The notes: generated from the letters alone by a model not told the origin. A stretch of 64,000 nt of DNA from Sphingomonadales bacterium (GCA_046756385.1 JBHHWG010000005.1:1817-65816), one strand, 5' to 3'; shown: positions 20,496-32,352, counted from the stretch's first letter. Translations and numbers: made by a program.

Positions 20496-21539
20496 GTGAT
20501 GTCGCGAGCCGGAAACAGAAAAGCTGCAACGGCAGAGGCCGATATACCATTTTCCGTGCGCCTGAAGGCCTGGTGGGAAGGTTATGACCCATCTGATCTG
20601 TGGGCCACCATGCAGATCACTCCGGTGCGGAACGGTAAAGAGGATATCGAGGCCACCAAGGTCGCGAATGCCACGGTTCCGCTGGCCCGGGACGGCAAGG
20701 CCGAAGCTCCCCGCCGCATGCAGCGTCCCACCATGCCCTGGGATGAAAAGCGGGTTGAGACCGCTCAGTTCGTCTGGGGAAAAGGCTATTGCGGACCAGG
20801 TGGGCCTAAGCATGTCGTCGCAATGTCGAAATTGCTGGCTTTGTCTCCGGAGATGAGTGTGCTTGCGCTTGGCGCCGAGTTGGGCGGACCGGCGCGAACC
20901 TTGGCCAAGGAGTATGGCGCCTGGATCAGCGGCTATGAGCAGTCCGAGGAACTTGTCGAGGCCGGCAATCGGCTTTCCGAGGCCGCTGGCCTGAGCAAGA
21001 AGGCGAAGCTGCAACACTATGATTTCAAAAAACCAAAGCCGTTCAATCGACAATTCGATCGGGTGTTTTCCAAAGAGGCCTTGTTTACGGTCAAGGAGAA
21101 GGCCGACCTTTTCAAGGCCATGGAGCAAAACATCAAGGGCGACGGCCTGGTCCTGCTGACCGATTACGTGCTGGGCAAGGACAGCGATCTGAAATCCAGG
21201 GAAATAATCGAATGGCGCAAGCAGGAGCCGAATGAGCCCCATTTGGTTACCGCCGAGCAATTGATTTCCGATATCAAGGACGCGCAACTGAGCATTCGCG
21301 TCAACGAAGATGTCACCGAACAATATATCAAGCTCATTGCCAACTCCTGGAACAAAGCGGACCGTCTGGTCGCCGAACTCGTCGCTCGTGGCGAGGATGG
21401 GGAAGGGATGGTCGAAACGCTGTTGCACGAGGCCGAACTATGGTCGCGACGCTCCAGGCTTCTGGAAAGCGGCAAGCTCAAGCTGTGGCGCGTCGTGGCG
21501 CACAAGAAAGTTCTCAACAGTCTGATGTCGAACTGGTAG
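20496..21539 (+). CDS. hypothetical protein with class-I SAM-methyltransferase-like fold and a degenerate glycine loop
   Basis: Rossmann-like core strands [10 protein letters not shown] (motif I), [13 protein letters not shown] (motif II) and [11 protein letters not shown] (motif III). Coding GC (~55%) and the upstream 260 bp (~45%) are below neighbours. The antisense ORF 20334-21428 has junk-like composition. Confidence 0.55.
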   Translation: MMSRAGNRKAATAEADIPFSVRLKAWWEGYDPSDLWATMQITPVRNGKEDIEATKVANATVPLARDGKAEAPRRMQRPTMPWDEKRVETAQFVWGKGYCGPGGPKHVVAMSKLLALSPEMSVLALGAELGGPARTLAKEYGAWISGYEQSEELVEAGNRLSEAAGLSKKAKLQHYDFKKPKPFNRQFDRVFSKEALFTVKEKADLFKAMEQNIKGDGLVLLTDYVLGKDSDLKSREIIEWRKQEPNEPHLVTAEQLISDIKDAQLSIRVNEDVTEQYIKLIANSWNKADRLVAELVARGEDGEGMVETLLHEAELWSRRSRLLESGKLKLWRVVAHKKVLNSLMSNW

Positions 21540-21625
21540 GCCTTCAGGCTTCCGAGAGCGGCAATCGGCACGGCGTTCTTCAGGCGGGCTTGGCAGACCC
21601 TGCCGGCGATGATAAAAGCCCGGCC

Positions 21626-23431
<1,806 letters not shown>

Positions 23432-23450
23432 TCCGGCTGTTGCGGAGCGG

Positions 23451-24437
23451 CTACCGCGAATTATGGTCCGAAAACTGACCGGACCGCCGGTGGCGCCAAA
23501 GGTAGGTCGGGATGATCGCTTCCACCGTTGTCGGCGTTATCCCGATATCGGCCAGCGTCAGCGCATCGTCAGCCACCACATTGTCGGTGGCCAGAAGTTT
23601 GACTTGATCGACCGTCAGGAGCGGGGCGACCATGAGCAATCTGCTTGCGATCTGCAACAGCCAGGCCTTGATTTTCGCCAACCCGAACGGGATCGACACG
23701 CAAAGGCGCTTGCGTCCGGTTTCGGCCAGTACGATTTCGAAGATTTGGCGCAGCGTGTAAATCCGCGGGCCGCCAAGCTCGAACACTTTTCCCGCCATTG
23801 ATCGATCCCCAAGCGCGGTGACGATCGCGTCCGCCACGTCACCAACATAGACCGGCTGAAATTTGGTCTGTCCGCCCGGGCGCAGAACCGGAACGCCACC
23901 GAACAGAGGCAATACCGGCGTCATCCGGATCATGGTCGCAAATCTGTTGAAGAAGCCATCCTCTGGCCCGAATACAACGCTGGGGCGCATGATGGTGACG
24001 TTTGGAAAAGCTTCCGTCATCGCCTTCTCCCCGGCGGCCTTGCTGCGAGCGTAGTGGGAGGCCGAAGCGCTGTCGGCGCCGATCGCGGAAAGGTGAACAA
24101 GCCGCGACACGCCGGCCGCCCTGGAGGCACGCGCGATGCGGTCCGCGCCGTCGGCCTGCAGGTCGTCAAAGCGCTGTCGCCCGCGTTGATACAGGATGCC
24201 GACCAGATTGACCACGGCGTCTGCCCCGGCAACGGCGCGAGCGACCGAATCGTCATCCCGTACATTGGCCTGGACGATCTGAATTTGCCCGACATCACCT
24301 AAGGGTTTGAGGAACAGGGCCAGATTGGGATTGCGAACCGCGACACGAATCCGGACCCCTGTTCGCGCCAGGCGTTGCACGAGGTGCCGGCCCACAAAGC
24401 CCGATCCGCCAAAAATCGTTACCAGTCGATCCGCCAT
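23451..24437 (-). CDS. NAD(P)H-binding NmrA/NDUFA9-like epimerase/dehydratase family protein
   Basis: TIFGGSGFVGRHLVQRLA Rossmann motif; ATG at 24437 preceded by GGGAGAGG RBS. Confidence 0.8.
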   Translation of the reverse strand: MADRLVTIFGGSGFVGRHLVQRLARTGVRIRVAVRNPNLALFLKPLGDVGQIQIVQANVRDDDSVARAVAGADAVVNLVGILYQRGRQRFDDLQADGADRIARASRAAGVSRLVHLSAIGADSASASHYARSKAAGEKAMTEAFPNVTIMRPSVVFGPEDGFFNRFATMIRMTPVLPLFGGVPVLRPGGQTKFQPVYVGDVADAIVTALGDRSMAGKVFELGGPRIYTLRQIFEIVLAETGRKRLCVSIPFGLAKIKAWLLQIASRLLMVAPLLTVDQVKLLATDNVVADDALTLADIGITPTTVEAIIPTYLWRHRRSGQFSDHNSR

Positions 24438-24684
24438 GATTTCCTCTCCCTTTACCCCTGCCGCTCGAACGCCGCCCGGGAACCGATGCCGGGAACACCA
24501 CTGAAGCTTTTTCTTGGCTCCATAGAGGTTTGGGTGAACAATGTCCAGATAATCTGAAGCCCGGGCTGAAACTCGGGGACCGTGGAATTGGAACGGGATC
24601 TTTTCAGGTGCGCTTTCAATTGCACATTGACAATCGTGCAAGAGGCCTGTAGCCAACTGCCAGGATTGCTCAAAGCGATTTCAA

Positions 24685-24771
24685 GCCCAGGTGGCGGAAT
24701 TGGTAGACGCGCTAGCTTCAGGTGCTAGTGACCGTAAGGTCGTGGAAGTTCGAGTCTTCTCCTGGGCACCA
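24685..24771 (+). tRNA. tRNA-Leu (anticodon CAG)
   Basis: 87 nt with long variable arm; acceptor GCCCAGG/CCTGGGC, anticodon stem CTAGC/GCTAG with loop TTCAGGT, T loop TTCGAGT. Confidence 0.9.
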
Positions 24772-24844
24772 ATTCTCCTTTTTCGACCGCGGTCGGCGGC
24801 AGCACCCCGGCCGGCGGGGAGGCAGGTCGGGAAGGGGACACAAT

Positions 24845-25456
24845 ATGACGATTGAACTGTATCACGGTGATTTGCCGGATGGCCTGGACCTTGGCGACGT
24901 GGTTGCCGTGGACACCGAAACCATGGGGCTCAACCCCGTGCGCGACCGGCTCTGTCTGGTGCAGCTTTCTTCCGGTGACGGAAACGCCCACATTGTAAAG
25001 CTGGAAGCCGGTTGTTATGACGCGCCCAATCTGCGGGCGTTGCTTGGCGACGAAACGGTCACCAAGATTTTTCACTTCGCCCGATTCGACATGGCGATGT
25101 TGTGGCGTTACCTGAACGTCATGCCCACCCCTGTCTACTGCACAAAAATCGCATCCAGGCTGGCCCGGACCTACACCGACCGGCATGGACTAAAGGATCT
25201 ATGCCGGGAACTCGTGAACGTCGATTTGTCGAAATATTTCCAAAGCTCCGATTGGGGCGCGTCGAAACTGTCGCCCGCGCAGCTTGAATATGCCGCGTCG
25301 GATGTACTGTATCTTCACAAGCTGCGCGATATTCTGGATCGGATGCTTGAGCGCGAGGGGCGGACTGCCCTGGCCCGGTCGTGTTTCGATTTCCTTGCCG
25401 CCCGAGCGCATCTCGATCTCGGCGGTTGGGCGGAAGTCGATATCTTCCACCACTGA
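24845..25456 (+). CDS. rnd: 3'-5' exonuclease, short RNase D-like (DEDDy domain only)
   Basis: VAVDTETMGL (exo I), FHFARFDMAML (exo II) and YAASDVLYL (exo III). 204 aa, lacking the HRDC domains. Confidence 0.75.
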   Translation: MTIELYHGDLPDGLDLGDVVAVDTETMGLNPVRDRLCLVQLSSGDGNAHIVKLEAGCYDAPNLRALLGDETVTKIFHFARFDMAMLWRYLNVMPTPVYCTKIASRLARTYTDRHGLKDLCRELVNVDLSKYFQSSDWGASKLSPAQLEYAASDVLYLHKLRDILDRMLEREGRTALARSCFDFLAARAHLDLGGWAEVDIFHH

Positions 25457-25757
25457 TCGCCGCGCCCGAGTTGGCTGCGCCGGTCTCCGGTTCGGCTGTC
25501 ATGCTTGATCCGGCAGCCGTCCCGCGATACATAATTGGCACAGTTTTCGCATTCACAGCTTTCGCATTTTGCCTTTCTTCCTGTATGATTGCGGTTTTCT
25601 GGATGGTGGGCTTGAGGGGCGGTAAGTCACAACCATGTTTAATCGGAATAATACGGACAATGCAGACCGGACTTCCGTTGGGGGGAGTGGCCAAAAGGTT
25701 TGGCCCGTATCCGGTGAACTTGCCGCCTTTGACACACCCGGCTTAAGGTCCGGCGGC

Positions 25758-26351
25758 ATGGTTGACGACCTGCATCACAGGCTTGTTCGCCTGGCGAAGG
25801 TTCTGCTGCCGGCCGCGACGCTGGTTCTGATCGGCTTTTTGGTCGCCTGGCCCCGTTTCCACTCGGGCGAGACCAGCTTCATGCTGTCCTATTCGGACAT
25901 TTCGAATTATGACGACAGAATTCGCATGGTCAGGCCGCGTTATGAGGGAACGGATAAGAAAAATCGACCGTTTGTGATTACCGCCGATGCCGCGGTGCAG
26001 GACCGGCCCGGCGCCGAGGAAGTGACTTTGCAGGGGCTGAATGCGGATATCACGCTGTCGGACGGCACATGGCTGTCCGTGGAAGCGGCAACAGGGATTT
26101 TCCGGCCCGGCGATGAAATTCTCAAAGGGGCCGACGGAGTGGGTATATTTTCCGATCTTGGGTATGAGCTTCATGCTGAAGAGGCCGAAATCGACGTTGG
26201 GCTGAGCCGGGCGAGCGGCAATCATCCGGTAAGCCTGCGGGGGCCCATGGGGAAATTCAAAGCCAATCGCTTTGCCGCCGACCTGGAAGCGCGATCGGTG
26301 ACGTTTGAGAACGCGGTCAAGGCTACAATTTATCCCAGGCCGGGAAAATAA
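25758..26351 (+). CDS. lptC: LPS export system protein LptC
   Basis: N-terminal TM anchor (LLPAATLVLIGFLVAW); position immediately upstream of lptA-lptB. Confidence 0.7.
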   Translation: MVDDLHHRLVRLAKVLLPAATLVLIGFLVAWPRFHSGETSFMLSYSDISNYDDRIRMVRPRYEGTDKKNRPFVITADAAVQDRPGAEEVTLQGLNADITLSDGTWLSVEAATGIFRPGDEILKGADGVGIFSDLGYELHAEEAEIDVGLSRASGNHPVSLRGPMGKFKANRFAADLEARSVTFENAVKATIYPRPGK

Positions 26352-26385
26352 GAGGCGGAGGAGGGGACCAAGGTCCTACGAGTTG

Positions 26386-26952
26386 ATGAGGGTATCCAGT
26401 ATACGGTTTATAAGACGAGGATTGATCGCCACGCTATTGCTGGTGACCGCGCTCACCGGCGGGCGTGCGATCGCCAGGGACGCGGCCGAACTTGATCACG
26501 ACATATCTCAGCCGATCGAGTTTTCCGCCGACAGGCTGGAGGTTGAGGAAAAGAACCGCGTTGCGACGTTCGAAGGCAATGTCAAAGCCGTTCAGGGCGA
26601 ACTTCGGCTGTTGGCCGACATTGTGAGGGTTTATTTCCGCGGGCCGGGCGGGAATGCCGGCGATCAGCCCGAGGTAGACAGGATCGATGCCACCGGCAAC
26701 GTCACCCTGCTATCGCCGGACGAAACGGCACAGGGCGATTGGGGCATTTATGACGTTGACAACAAGATCATAACATTGGGGGGCGCTGTCGTGCTGACAC
26801 GGGAGACGACGGTGATCGAGGGCACACGCCTCGTACTGGACCTCGAACTCGGCCGCAGCAGGATTGAAAGCATCGCAACAGCGACCGGCGAGGAACAGCG
26901 GGTGCGCGGTGTTTTCCAGCCCGCCAGGCCGGGCGATCAGGACGAAAAATAA
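26386..26952 (+). CDS. lptA: LPS transport periplasmic protein LptA
   Basis: Signal peptide plus OstA-like beta-jellyroll repeats (ADRLEVEEKNRVATFEGNV...). Confidence 0.8.
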   Translation: MRVSSIRFIRRGLIATLLLVTALTGGRAIARDAAELDHDISQPIEFSADRLEVEEKNRVATFEGNVKAVQGELRLLADIVRVYFRGPGGNAGDQPEVDRIDATGNVTLLSPDETAQGDWGIYDVDNKIITLGGAVVLTRETTVIEGTRLVLDLELGRSRIESIATATGEEQRVRGVFQPARPGDQDEK

Positions 26953-27032
26953 AGGCGCGCGCCCAAAAACGCGGGACGGCGACGCGCCGGAAAAACGATT
27001 TGTTAATGGGTTAAGGCTTCAATGGTAGCGGG

Positions 27033-27836
27033 ATGAAAGTTGCATCAATCAACGGACCGGCGGGACCAAAGCGATCCGGTTTCCGCGCCGACAGACCGCA
27101 CCTCGTGTCGGACAATAAAGGTCTGTTCATCAATTCGATCGGCAAGAACTACAAAAAACGACCCGTGCTGCGCGGCATCAGCCTGTCGGTTCAGCGCGGC
27201 GAGGTGATCGGTCTGCTCGGGCCGAACGGCGCCGGCAAGACGACGACTTTCTATATCGTGTCGGGCCTGATCGCACCGGATTTCGGCTGGGTGGTGCTGG
27301 ACGGCCAGGATATCACGAAATTGCCCATGTACCGCCGGGCGCGGCTGGGGATCGGCTATCTGCCGCAGGAAGCGTCGATCTTTCGCGGCATGTCGGTGGA
27401 AGACAATATTCGCGCCGTCCTGGAGGTCGTGGAGAGTGACCGCGAAAAGCGGGAGGCCACCCTCGATCATTTGCTGTCGGAGTTTTCGCTGTCCCATTTG
27501 CGGCGGGCGCCGGCATTGGCGCTGTCGGGGGGCGAGCGCCGCCGGGTTGAAATTGCACGGGCCTTGTCGGCAAGGCCAAGCTTTATTCTTCTGGACGAGC
27601 CCTTTGCCGGTATCGACCCGATCGCACTTAACGAGATCCGCAATCTTGTCCATCATTTGAAGGACCGCGGAATCGGCGTTCTGATCACCGACCATAATGT
27701 GCGGGAAACCCTGGATATAATCGACCGCGCCTACATTATTCACGATGGGCAAGTGTTGATGGAGGGCACGCCCGCTGAAATCGTCGCCAACGAAGACGTT
27801 CGACGCGTCTATCTTGGTGAGCGCTTCAGTTTGTAG
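27033..27836 (+). CDS. lptB: LPS export ABC transporter ATP-binding protein LptB
   Basis: GPNGAGKTT Walker A, LSGGERRR signature and ILLDEPFAG Walker B. The true start may be the internal GTG at 27105. Confidence 0.9.
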   Translation: MKVASINGPAGPKRSGFRADRPHLVSDNKGLFINSIGKNYKKRPVLRGISLSVQRGEVIGLLGPNGAGKTTTFYIVSGLIAPDFGWVVLDGQDITKLPMYRRARLGIGYLPQEASIFRGMSVEDNIRAVLEVVESDREKREATLDHLLSEFSLSHLRRAPALALSGGERRRVEIARALSARPSFILLDEPFAGIDPIALNEIRNLVHHLKDRGIGVLITDHNVRETLDIIDRAYIIHDGQVLMEGTPAEIVANEDVRRVYLGERFSL

Positions 27837-27845
27837 GCCGCGATC

Positions 27846-29423
27846 ATGGCGTTGACACCAAGACTGGAGATCCGGCAAAGCCAGACACTGGTCATGACGC
27901 CGCAGTTGCAGCAAGCGATCAAGCTGCTGCAATACTCCAATCTGGAATTGTCTTCCTTTGTCGAGCAGGAAGTCGAAAAGAATCCGCTCCTGGAAATAGG
28001 GGACAGGCCGGAACCCGCGGCGGCGGACCGGTTATCCGAGCCGCCGGATTGGGCGAGCTCCGACGACGGGCCGGCGCACGCCGCTGAGGGATCCAGTCCG
28101 GAGCCGGCAGGGATCGACACCAAGCTTGGCGAACCCGGCTACGCCACACCCGGCGACGAGGCCCCGCTCAAAACCGCCTTTGAAAATGAATTCAGCAGCG
28201 CGGGACCGGCCGACGGCACCCTGGGAGATTCTTCGGCAGTGTGGAGCAGCGTAAGCGGCTCCGGCCGTTTCGATGATGGCGCCGACCGGCTGGAGCCGGC
28301 GCCCGGCCAATCGCAAACCTTGCGCGATCACCTGCTCGACCAGCTTCCTGATTCCCTTATGGCGCCGACGGAACAGTTAATTGGCCGTTATTTGATCGAT
28401 ATGATCAACAGTGACGGGTATCTGACCGATAGCGTTGATGCAATCGCCGAGCGGCTTTTCTGCCCCACCGAAGCAATTGAGAAGACGCTGGGCATCATGC
28501 AAGGCCTGGGGCCGGCCGGTGTGTTTGCCCGCAATCTCAAGGAATGTTTGGCCCTGCAACTTGCCGATCGCGATCGCCTCGACCCGGTGATGGAGACTTT
28601 TCTCAACCATCTGGACCTTGTCGCCAAGCATGATTTCGCCGCGCTTAAGCGGGTTTGCGGCGTGGACGATGGGGACCTCTCCGACATGATTGCCGAGATC
28701 AAGGCGCTCAATCCGAGACCGGGGGCGGCTTTTTTCTCCGAACCGCTGCTGCCTGTGGTGCCGGATGTGTATGTCCGCGCGAGCCCCGACGGAGGCTGGG
28801 CGGTGGAGCTCAACAGCGGGACCTTACCCAAAGTGCTCGTGAATCGGCGCTATTTCACTGAAATCAGCGGCTCGGCGAAAAGCAAGAGCGACAAGACTTT
28901 TATTTCCGACTGCCTGACGACGGCGAACTGGCTGGTAAAGGCACTCGATCAGCGCGCCCGCACGATCCTGAAAGTCGCGACCGAGATCGTTCGCCAGCAA
29001 AGCGGCTTTCTGGAAAATGGCGTCCATTATCTCCGGCCACTTAATCTTCGCACCGTCGCCCAGGCCATCGACATGCATGAAAGCACCGTAAGCCGGGTAA
29101 CGAGCAACAAATACATGGCTACCAGCCGCGGCATCTTCGAATTGAAATATTTCTTCACGTCAGGGGTGGGGTCCGAGGACAACGGCATTTTGCATTCGGC
29201 GGAGGCCGTGCGCCACCGCATCAAGGAAATGGTCGATAATGAGGGCGCGGATGCCGTGCTTTCGGACGACAAGATGGTTGAGATCTTACGCGCCGCCGGT
29301 GTCGATGTCGCCCGGCGCACGGTCGCGAAATATCGTGAGTCGATAAACATCCCCTCCTCGGTGCAGCGCAGGCGGATGAAAAAAATGGAACAGGCGCTAA
29401 AGCAAAGGGCGGGGGACGGCTAA
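27846..29423 (+). CDS. rpoN: RNA polymerase sigma-54 factor
   Basis: Region I MALTPRLEIRQSQTLVMTPQLQQAIKLLQ and C-terminal RpoN box ARRTVAKYR. Confidence 0.95.
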   Translation: MALTPRLEIRQSQTLVMTPQLQQAIKLLQYSNLELSSFVEQEVEKNPLLEIGDRPEPAAADRLSEPPDWASSDDGPAHAAEGSSPEPAGIDTKLGEPGYATPGDEAPLKTAFENEFSSAGPADGTLGDSSAVWSSVSGSGRFDDGADRLEPAPGQSQTLRDHLLDQLPDSLMAPTEQLIGRYLIDMINSDGYLTDSVDAIAERLFCPTEAIEKTLGIMQGLGPAGVFARNLKECLALQLADRDRLDPVMETFLNHLDLVAKHDFAALKRVCGVDDGDLSDMIAEIKALNPRPGAAFFSEPLLPVVPDVYVRASPDGGWAVELNSGTLPKVLVNRRYFTEISGSAKSKSDKTFISDCLTTANWLVKALDQRARTILKVATEIVRQQSGFLENGVHYLRPLNLRTVAQAIDMHESTVSRVTSNKYMATSRGIFELKYFFTSGVGSEDNGILHSAEAVRHRIKEMVDNEGADAVLSDDKMVEILRAAGVDVARRTVAKYRESINIPSSVQRRRMKKMEQALKQRAGDG

Positions 29424-29678
29424 TATCAAGGAAACTTGGTATAAGGCGGTCCGGCCCGATAGTTGACAGCGATTGGAGGTCAGCACTATGTTCGCGCTTT
29501 CTGGATATCCTAAATCGTTGTGAACAAGCTTATGCGTGTGCCCTTATGAGCACGGGGTCATAAAGAATGAAAATCCCTGTTTTTAAGAGAGATCAGGACA
29601 AAGGCGCGGCGTCCTTGCCCCATTGGGTCGCGGATTGAGGCCGCCGTCGGAAGTCCCGATACCGAGGATTGTTTGACA

Positions 29679-30143
29679 ATGAAGATCGAGGAGCTTGTAA
29701 GCCTTAACGCGGTGGTTGCCGATCTCAAGGCGAAAAGCAAGAAACAGGCGCTCCAGAAACTGGCGAAACGCGCGGCTGAGATCACCGGCGTGCGGGAGCG
29801 CGAGATTTTCGAAACGATTCTGGAACGCGAAAGATTAGGCACCACCGGCGTCGGGCGGGGGATCGCGATCCCCCACGGGAAACTGACCGAGCTTGAACGC
29901 CTGTATGGCCTGTTTGCGCGCCTCGACCAGCCGGTCGATTTCGAATCGATCGACGAGCAGCCGGTCGATCTGATTTTCATGTTATTGGCGCCGGAGTCTG
30001 CCGGGGCGGATCATCTCAAGGCCCTCGCCAAGGTGTCGCGCCTGCTCCGCGACCAGACGATTTGTGACAAATTGCGGGGTTCTGACGGACCGGACGCGCT
30101 CTATGCCCTGCTGACCGAAACCGCCGTCACCCATGCCGCCTAG
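29679..30143 (+). CDS. ptsN: PTS IIA-like nitrogen regulatory protein
   Basis: EIIA(Fru/Ntr) fold with phosphorylatable His in GVGRGIAIPHG; downstream of rpoN. Confidence 0.85.
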   Translation: MKIEELVSLNAVVADLKAKSKKQALQKLAKRAAEITGVREREIFETILERERLGTTGVGRGIAIPHGKLTELERLYGLFARLDQPVDFESIDEQPVDLIFMLLAPESAGADHLKALAKVSRLLRDQTICDKLRGSDGPDALYALLTETAVTHAA

Positions 30144-30155
30144 GCGGCATGGCCG

Positions 30156-30371
30156 TCAGTGGACGCTGAATGGCTCCATGTCGTTTTGAATGGCCGCGCC
30201 GATGGCGGCCTCCCGGCTTTCCAGCATTGCAAGCGGTTGTCCATCGGCCGAATGGACGGCATAGCCTGGCACACCGTTTTCCAGGACGGGTCTGATATAG
30301 ACGATGTCGGTAATTCCGATGCTCGCCAATGCCTGTTGCGTAACGTGGGCGGGTTCGGCGTTTTTACGCAT
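30156..30371 (-). CDS. DUF1150-like small protein (Hsp20-associated)
   Basis: 71 aa, co-oriented directly downstream of hsp20; the pairing is common in alphaproteobacteria. Confidence 0.55.
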   Translation of the reverse strand: MRKNAEPAHVTQQALASIGITDIVYIRPVLENGVPGYAVHSADGQPLAMLESREAAIGAAIQNDMEPFSVH

Positions 30372-30389
30372 GCCAAGTTACTCCCATTT

Positions 30390-30812
30390 TCAAATGCCGC
30401 CGTTGCCTGAGGCGATTTCGATTTTCTGGATGACCGGGCTCGGATGGGGGCGGACCAGTGTGACGGTCAAGAGACCGTTGTCCAGCCCGGCGCCCTCGAC
30501 CCGCATGCCATCGGCGAGCAGGAACCGCCGCTGGAACCGCCGCGACGCGATACCGCGATGGATAAATCTACGATTGGGCTCATCAGTTTGCCGCCCCTGG
30601 ATAACGAGCTGATTGTTCTCAACGGTCACGCTGAGATCGCCGGCGGAGAAGCCCGCCGCCGCGAGGACGATCCGCCAGACATTCTCTCCGCTTTGTTCGA
30701 TATTGTATGGAGGATAACCGTCGGCCGCCGACTTGGCGATCCGGTCGAGCGTCTGCTCCAGATAATCGAATCCCAGCAAAAGCGGATTCGATAGCAACGA
30801 TTTGTTGTCCAT
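30390..30812 (-). CDS. Hsp20/alpha-crystallin family small heat-shock protein
   Basis: Alpha-crystallin domain (PPYNIEQSGENVWRIVLAAAGF...) with the GLLTV motif. Confidence 0.9.
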   Translation of the reverse strand: MDNKSLLSNPLLLGFDYLEQTLDRIAKSAADGYPPYNIEQSGENVWRIVLAAAGFSAGDLSVTVENNQLVIQGRQTDEPNRRFIHRGIASRRFQRRFLLADGMRVEGAGLDNGLLTVTLVRPHPSPVIQKIEIASGNGGI

Positions 30813-30996
30813 GTCTGCCTCCTCGGTTGAGCGGGCGGACCTTGCCGGAGCCCTGCTTGTGGCGCTCCACGCCTCACTAATTCCAGAGCCCGAAACGGCG
30901 CTCCGTCTGCACTGAACATGGGAATTATTGCCGAAGATACAAGACGACAGCCACGGGGCGGAAAAGTTTATCCGCTTGACGTCCGCGCTTTCTGTC

Positions 30997-32352
30997 TCAT
31001 TCGGACAGAGCTTGCGGGGCCGTGTTCAGCGCTGGCAGGACATCGTCTTCGGTTGGCGGTTCCGGCAGGCGCCCCTCGGCCGGTTCCGGCGGCCTGACCC
31101 AGCAATCGCCGCCACGGACCTGAATTTCCACGCAAATCGCCTCGGCCTCGGATAGCAACTTCAAGGGACCGGCATTGAGGCGGAAGAAGAAACCGCTCGG
31201 CTCACCTTCCCGGTCTCCAAAGTCCTTCTCGGAGCGGCGCGGTTCGAGATGGCCGATCAAATCGCCATACAAGCTGTTCAGCTGCCGCCACCCCGGCATC
31301 AGCTCTTCCTTCTTGCGGTAGGCCGCGATCTGAACGGCGTATCCGGTCGGGTCCACCAGTGGCGGGATCTCGATCTCGACCAGCGGTTCCGGCTCGGGTT
31401 CCGGCTCCGGCATGGGTTCGGGTTCGGGTTCGGGCGCGATTATTCGCGCGATCGTCTCATCGGCAACTTCCTTATCCGCTGTAAAAGACGGATTGGCGGG
31501 TTGCCTGGTATCATGCTTCGGATTGACGACCCCGCTCAAAACGGCCCTTCTTCGGGCGTCAGGAGTCATGGCCCGCAGTTCGGCGAAGAATGCGAGATTT
31601 CCATTGACCGCGGCGTTGTCGAGATCGATCGCGGCGATATTCCGGGCGGCCCCGGCCCGTCCCGCCAGGCCATATGCCAGTGCAAGATTCTGACGATGCC
31701 GAGGGGATGCGGCGCCGTCGAGCGCGACTTCCTCCAGCAGTGGAATCGCCTCCTCCAAAGACCCGGCCAGAGCCAGAGAGAGGCCGAAATTGTTGCGCAA
31801 CTGAATATCCGAGGGCGCGATGTCAAGAGCCTGGCGATAGGCCGTGACGGCCTCGCGGTGCCGGCCCAGCGCATCGAGCGCTACCGCCATGCCGTTCCGC
31901 GCCTCGATATCAACGCCATCAAGCGTAACCGCGGTCTCGAACAGGGGAAGCGCCAATTCAGGCCGACCGAGCGCAATCCAGGCGCCCCCCAGGCCCCGCA
32001 GGGCCAGCGGGTCGCGCGCATCGTTGTCCAATGCGGTTCGGTATACCTCGGTCGCCTCTTCATATTGGCCCAGGGCGGTGAGCGCGCGGCCGAGTCCAAC
32101 CAGCGGCCGATTGTCGCCCGATCTCTGATCGTGGGCGCGCCGGTAGATCGGGATTGCCGAGGCAAAGCGTCCTTCGCTCGCCAGATTATCGGCCAGGCGG
32201 AGCAGCGTGGAGCTTTCTCCGCCGCCCCTGCTCTGGGTTTTGATAATCGTCTGCGCCGGCCTCGATGCGGGTGTGCTGGCGCAGGCCGCCGCCACCAGCG
32301 AAACACCGGCGAGCAGAATCGCCAGGCGCCGCCGACCGGTTGCTTGCCCCAT
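30997..32352 (-). CDS. TPR-repeat lipoprotein with C-terminal SPOR domain
   Basis: Lipobox LVAAAC after a basic N-terminus; ~6 TPR-like repeats; PEPEPEPMPEPEPEPEP linker; SPOR-like C-terminus (YAVQIAAYRKKEEL...FFFRLNAGPL...EAICVEIQ). ATG at 32352 avoids overlap with the upstream gene. Confidence 0.7.
   Translation of the reverse strand: MGQATGRRRLAILLAGVSLVAAACASTPASRPAQTIIKTQSRGGGESSTLLRLADNLASEGRFASAIPIYRRAHDQRSGDNRPLVGLGRALTALGQYEEATEVYRTALDNDARDPLALRGLGGAWIALGRPELALPLFETAVTLDGVDIEARNGMAVALDALGRHREAVTAYRQALDIAPSDIQLRNNFGLSLALAGSLEEAIPLLEEVALDGAASPRHRQNLALAYGLAGRAGAARNIAAIDLDNAAVNGNLAFFAELRAMTPDARRRAVLSGVVNPKHDTRQPANPSFTADKEVADETIARIIAPEPEPEPMPEPEPEPEPLVEIEIPPLVDPTGYAVQIAAYRKKEELMPGWRQLNSLYGDLIGHLEPRRSEKDFGDREGEPSGFFFRLNAGPLKLLSEAEAICVEIQVRGGDCWVRPPEPAEGRLPEPPTEDDVLPALNTAPQALSE

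Noticed and set aside
29479-29514. 11-codon ORF (MFALSGYPKSL) in the rpoN-ptsN spacer
   Set aside because: Too short, no RBS. Not a relic of hpf by any alignment I can make by eye.
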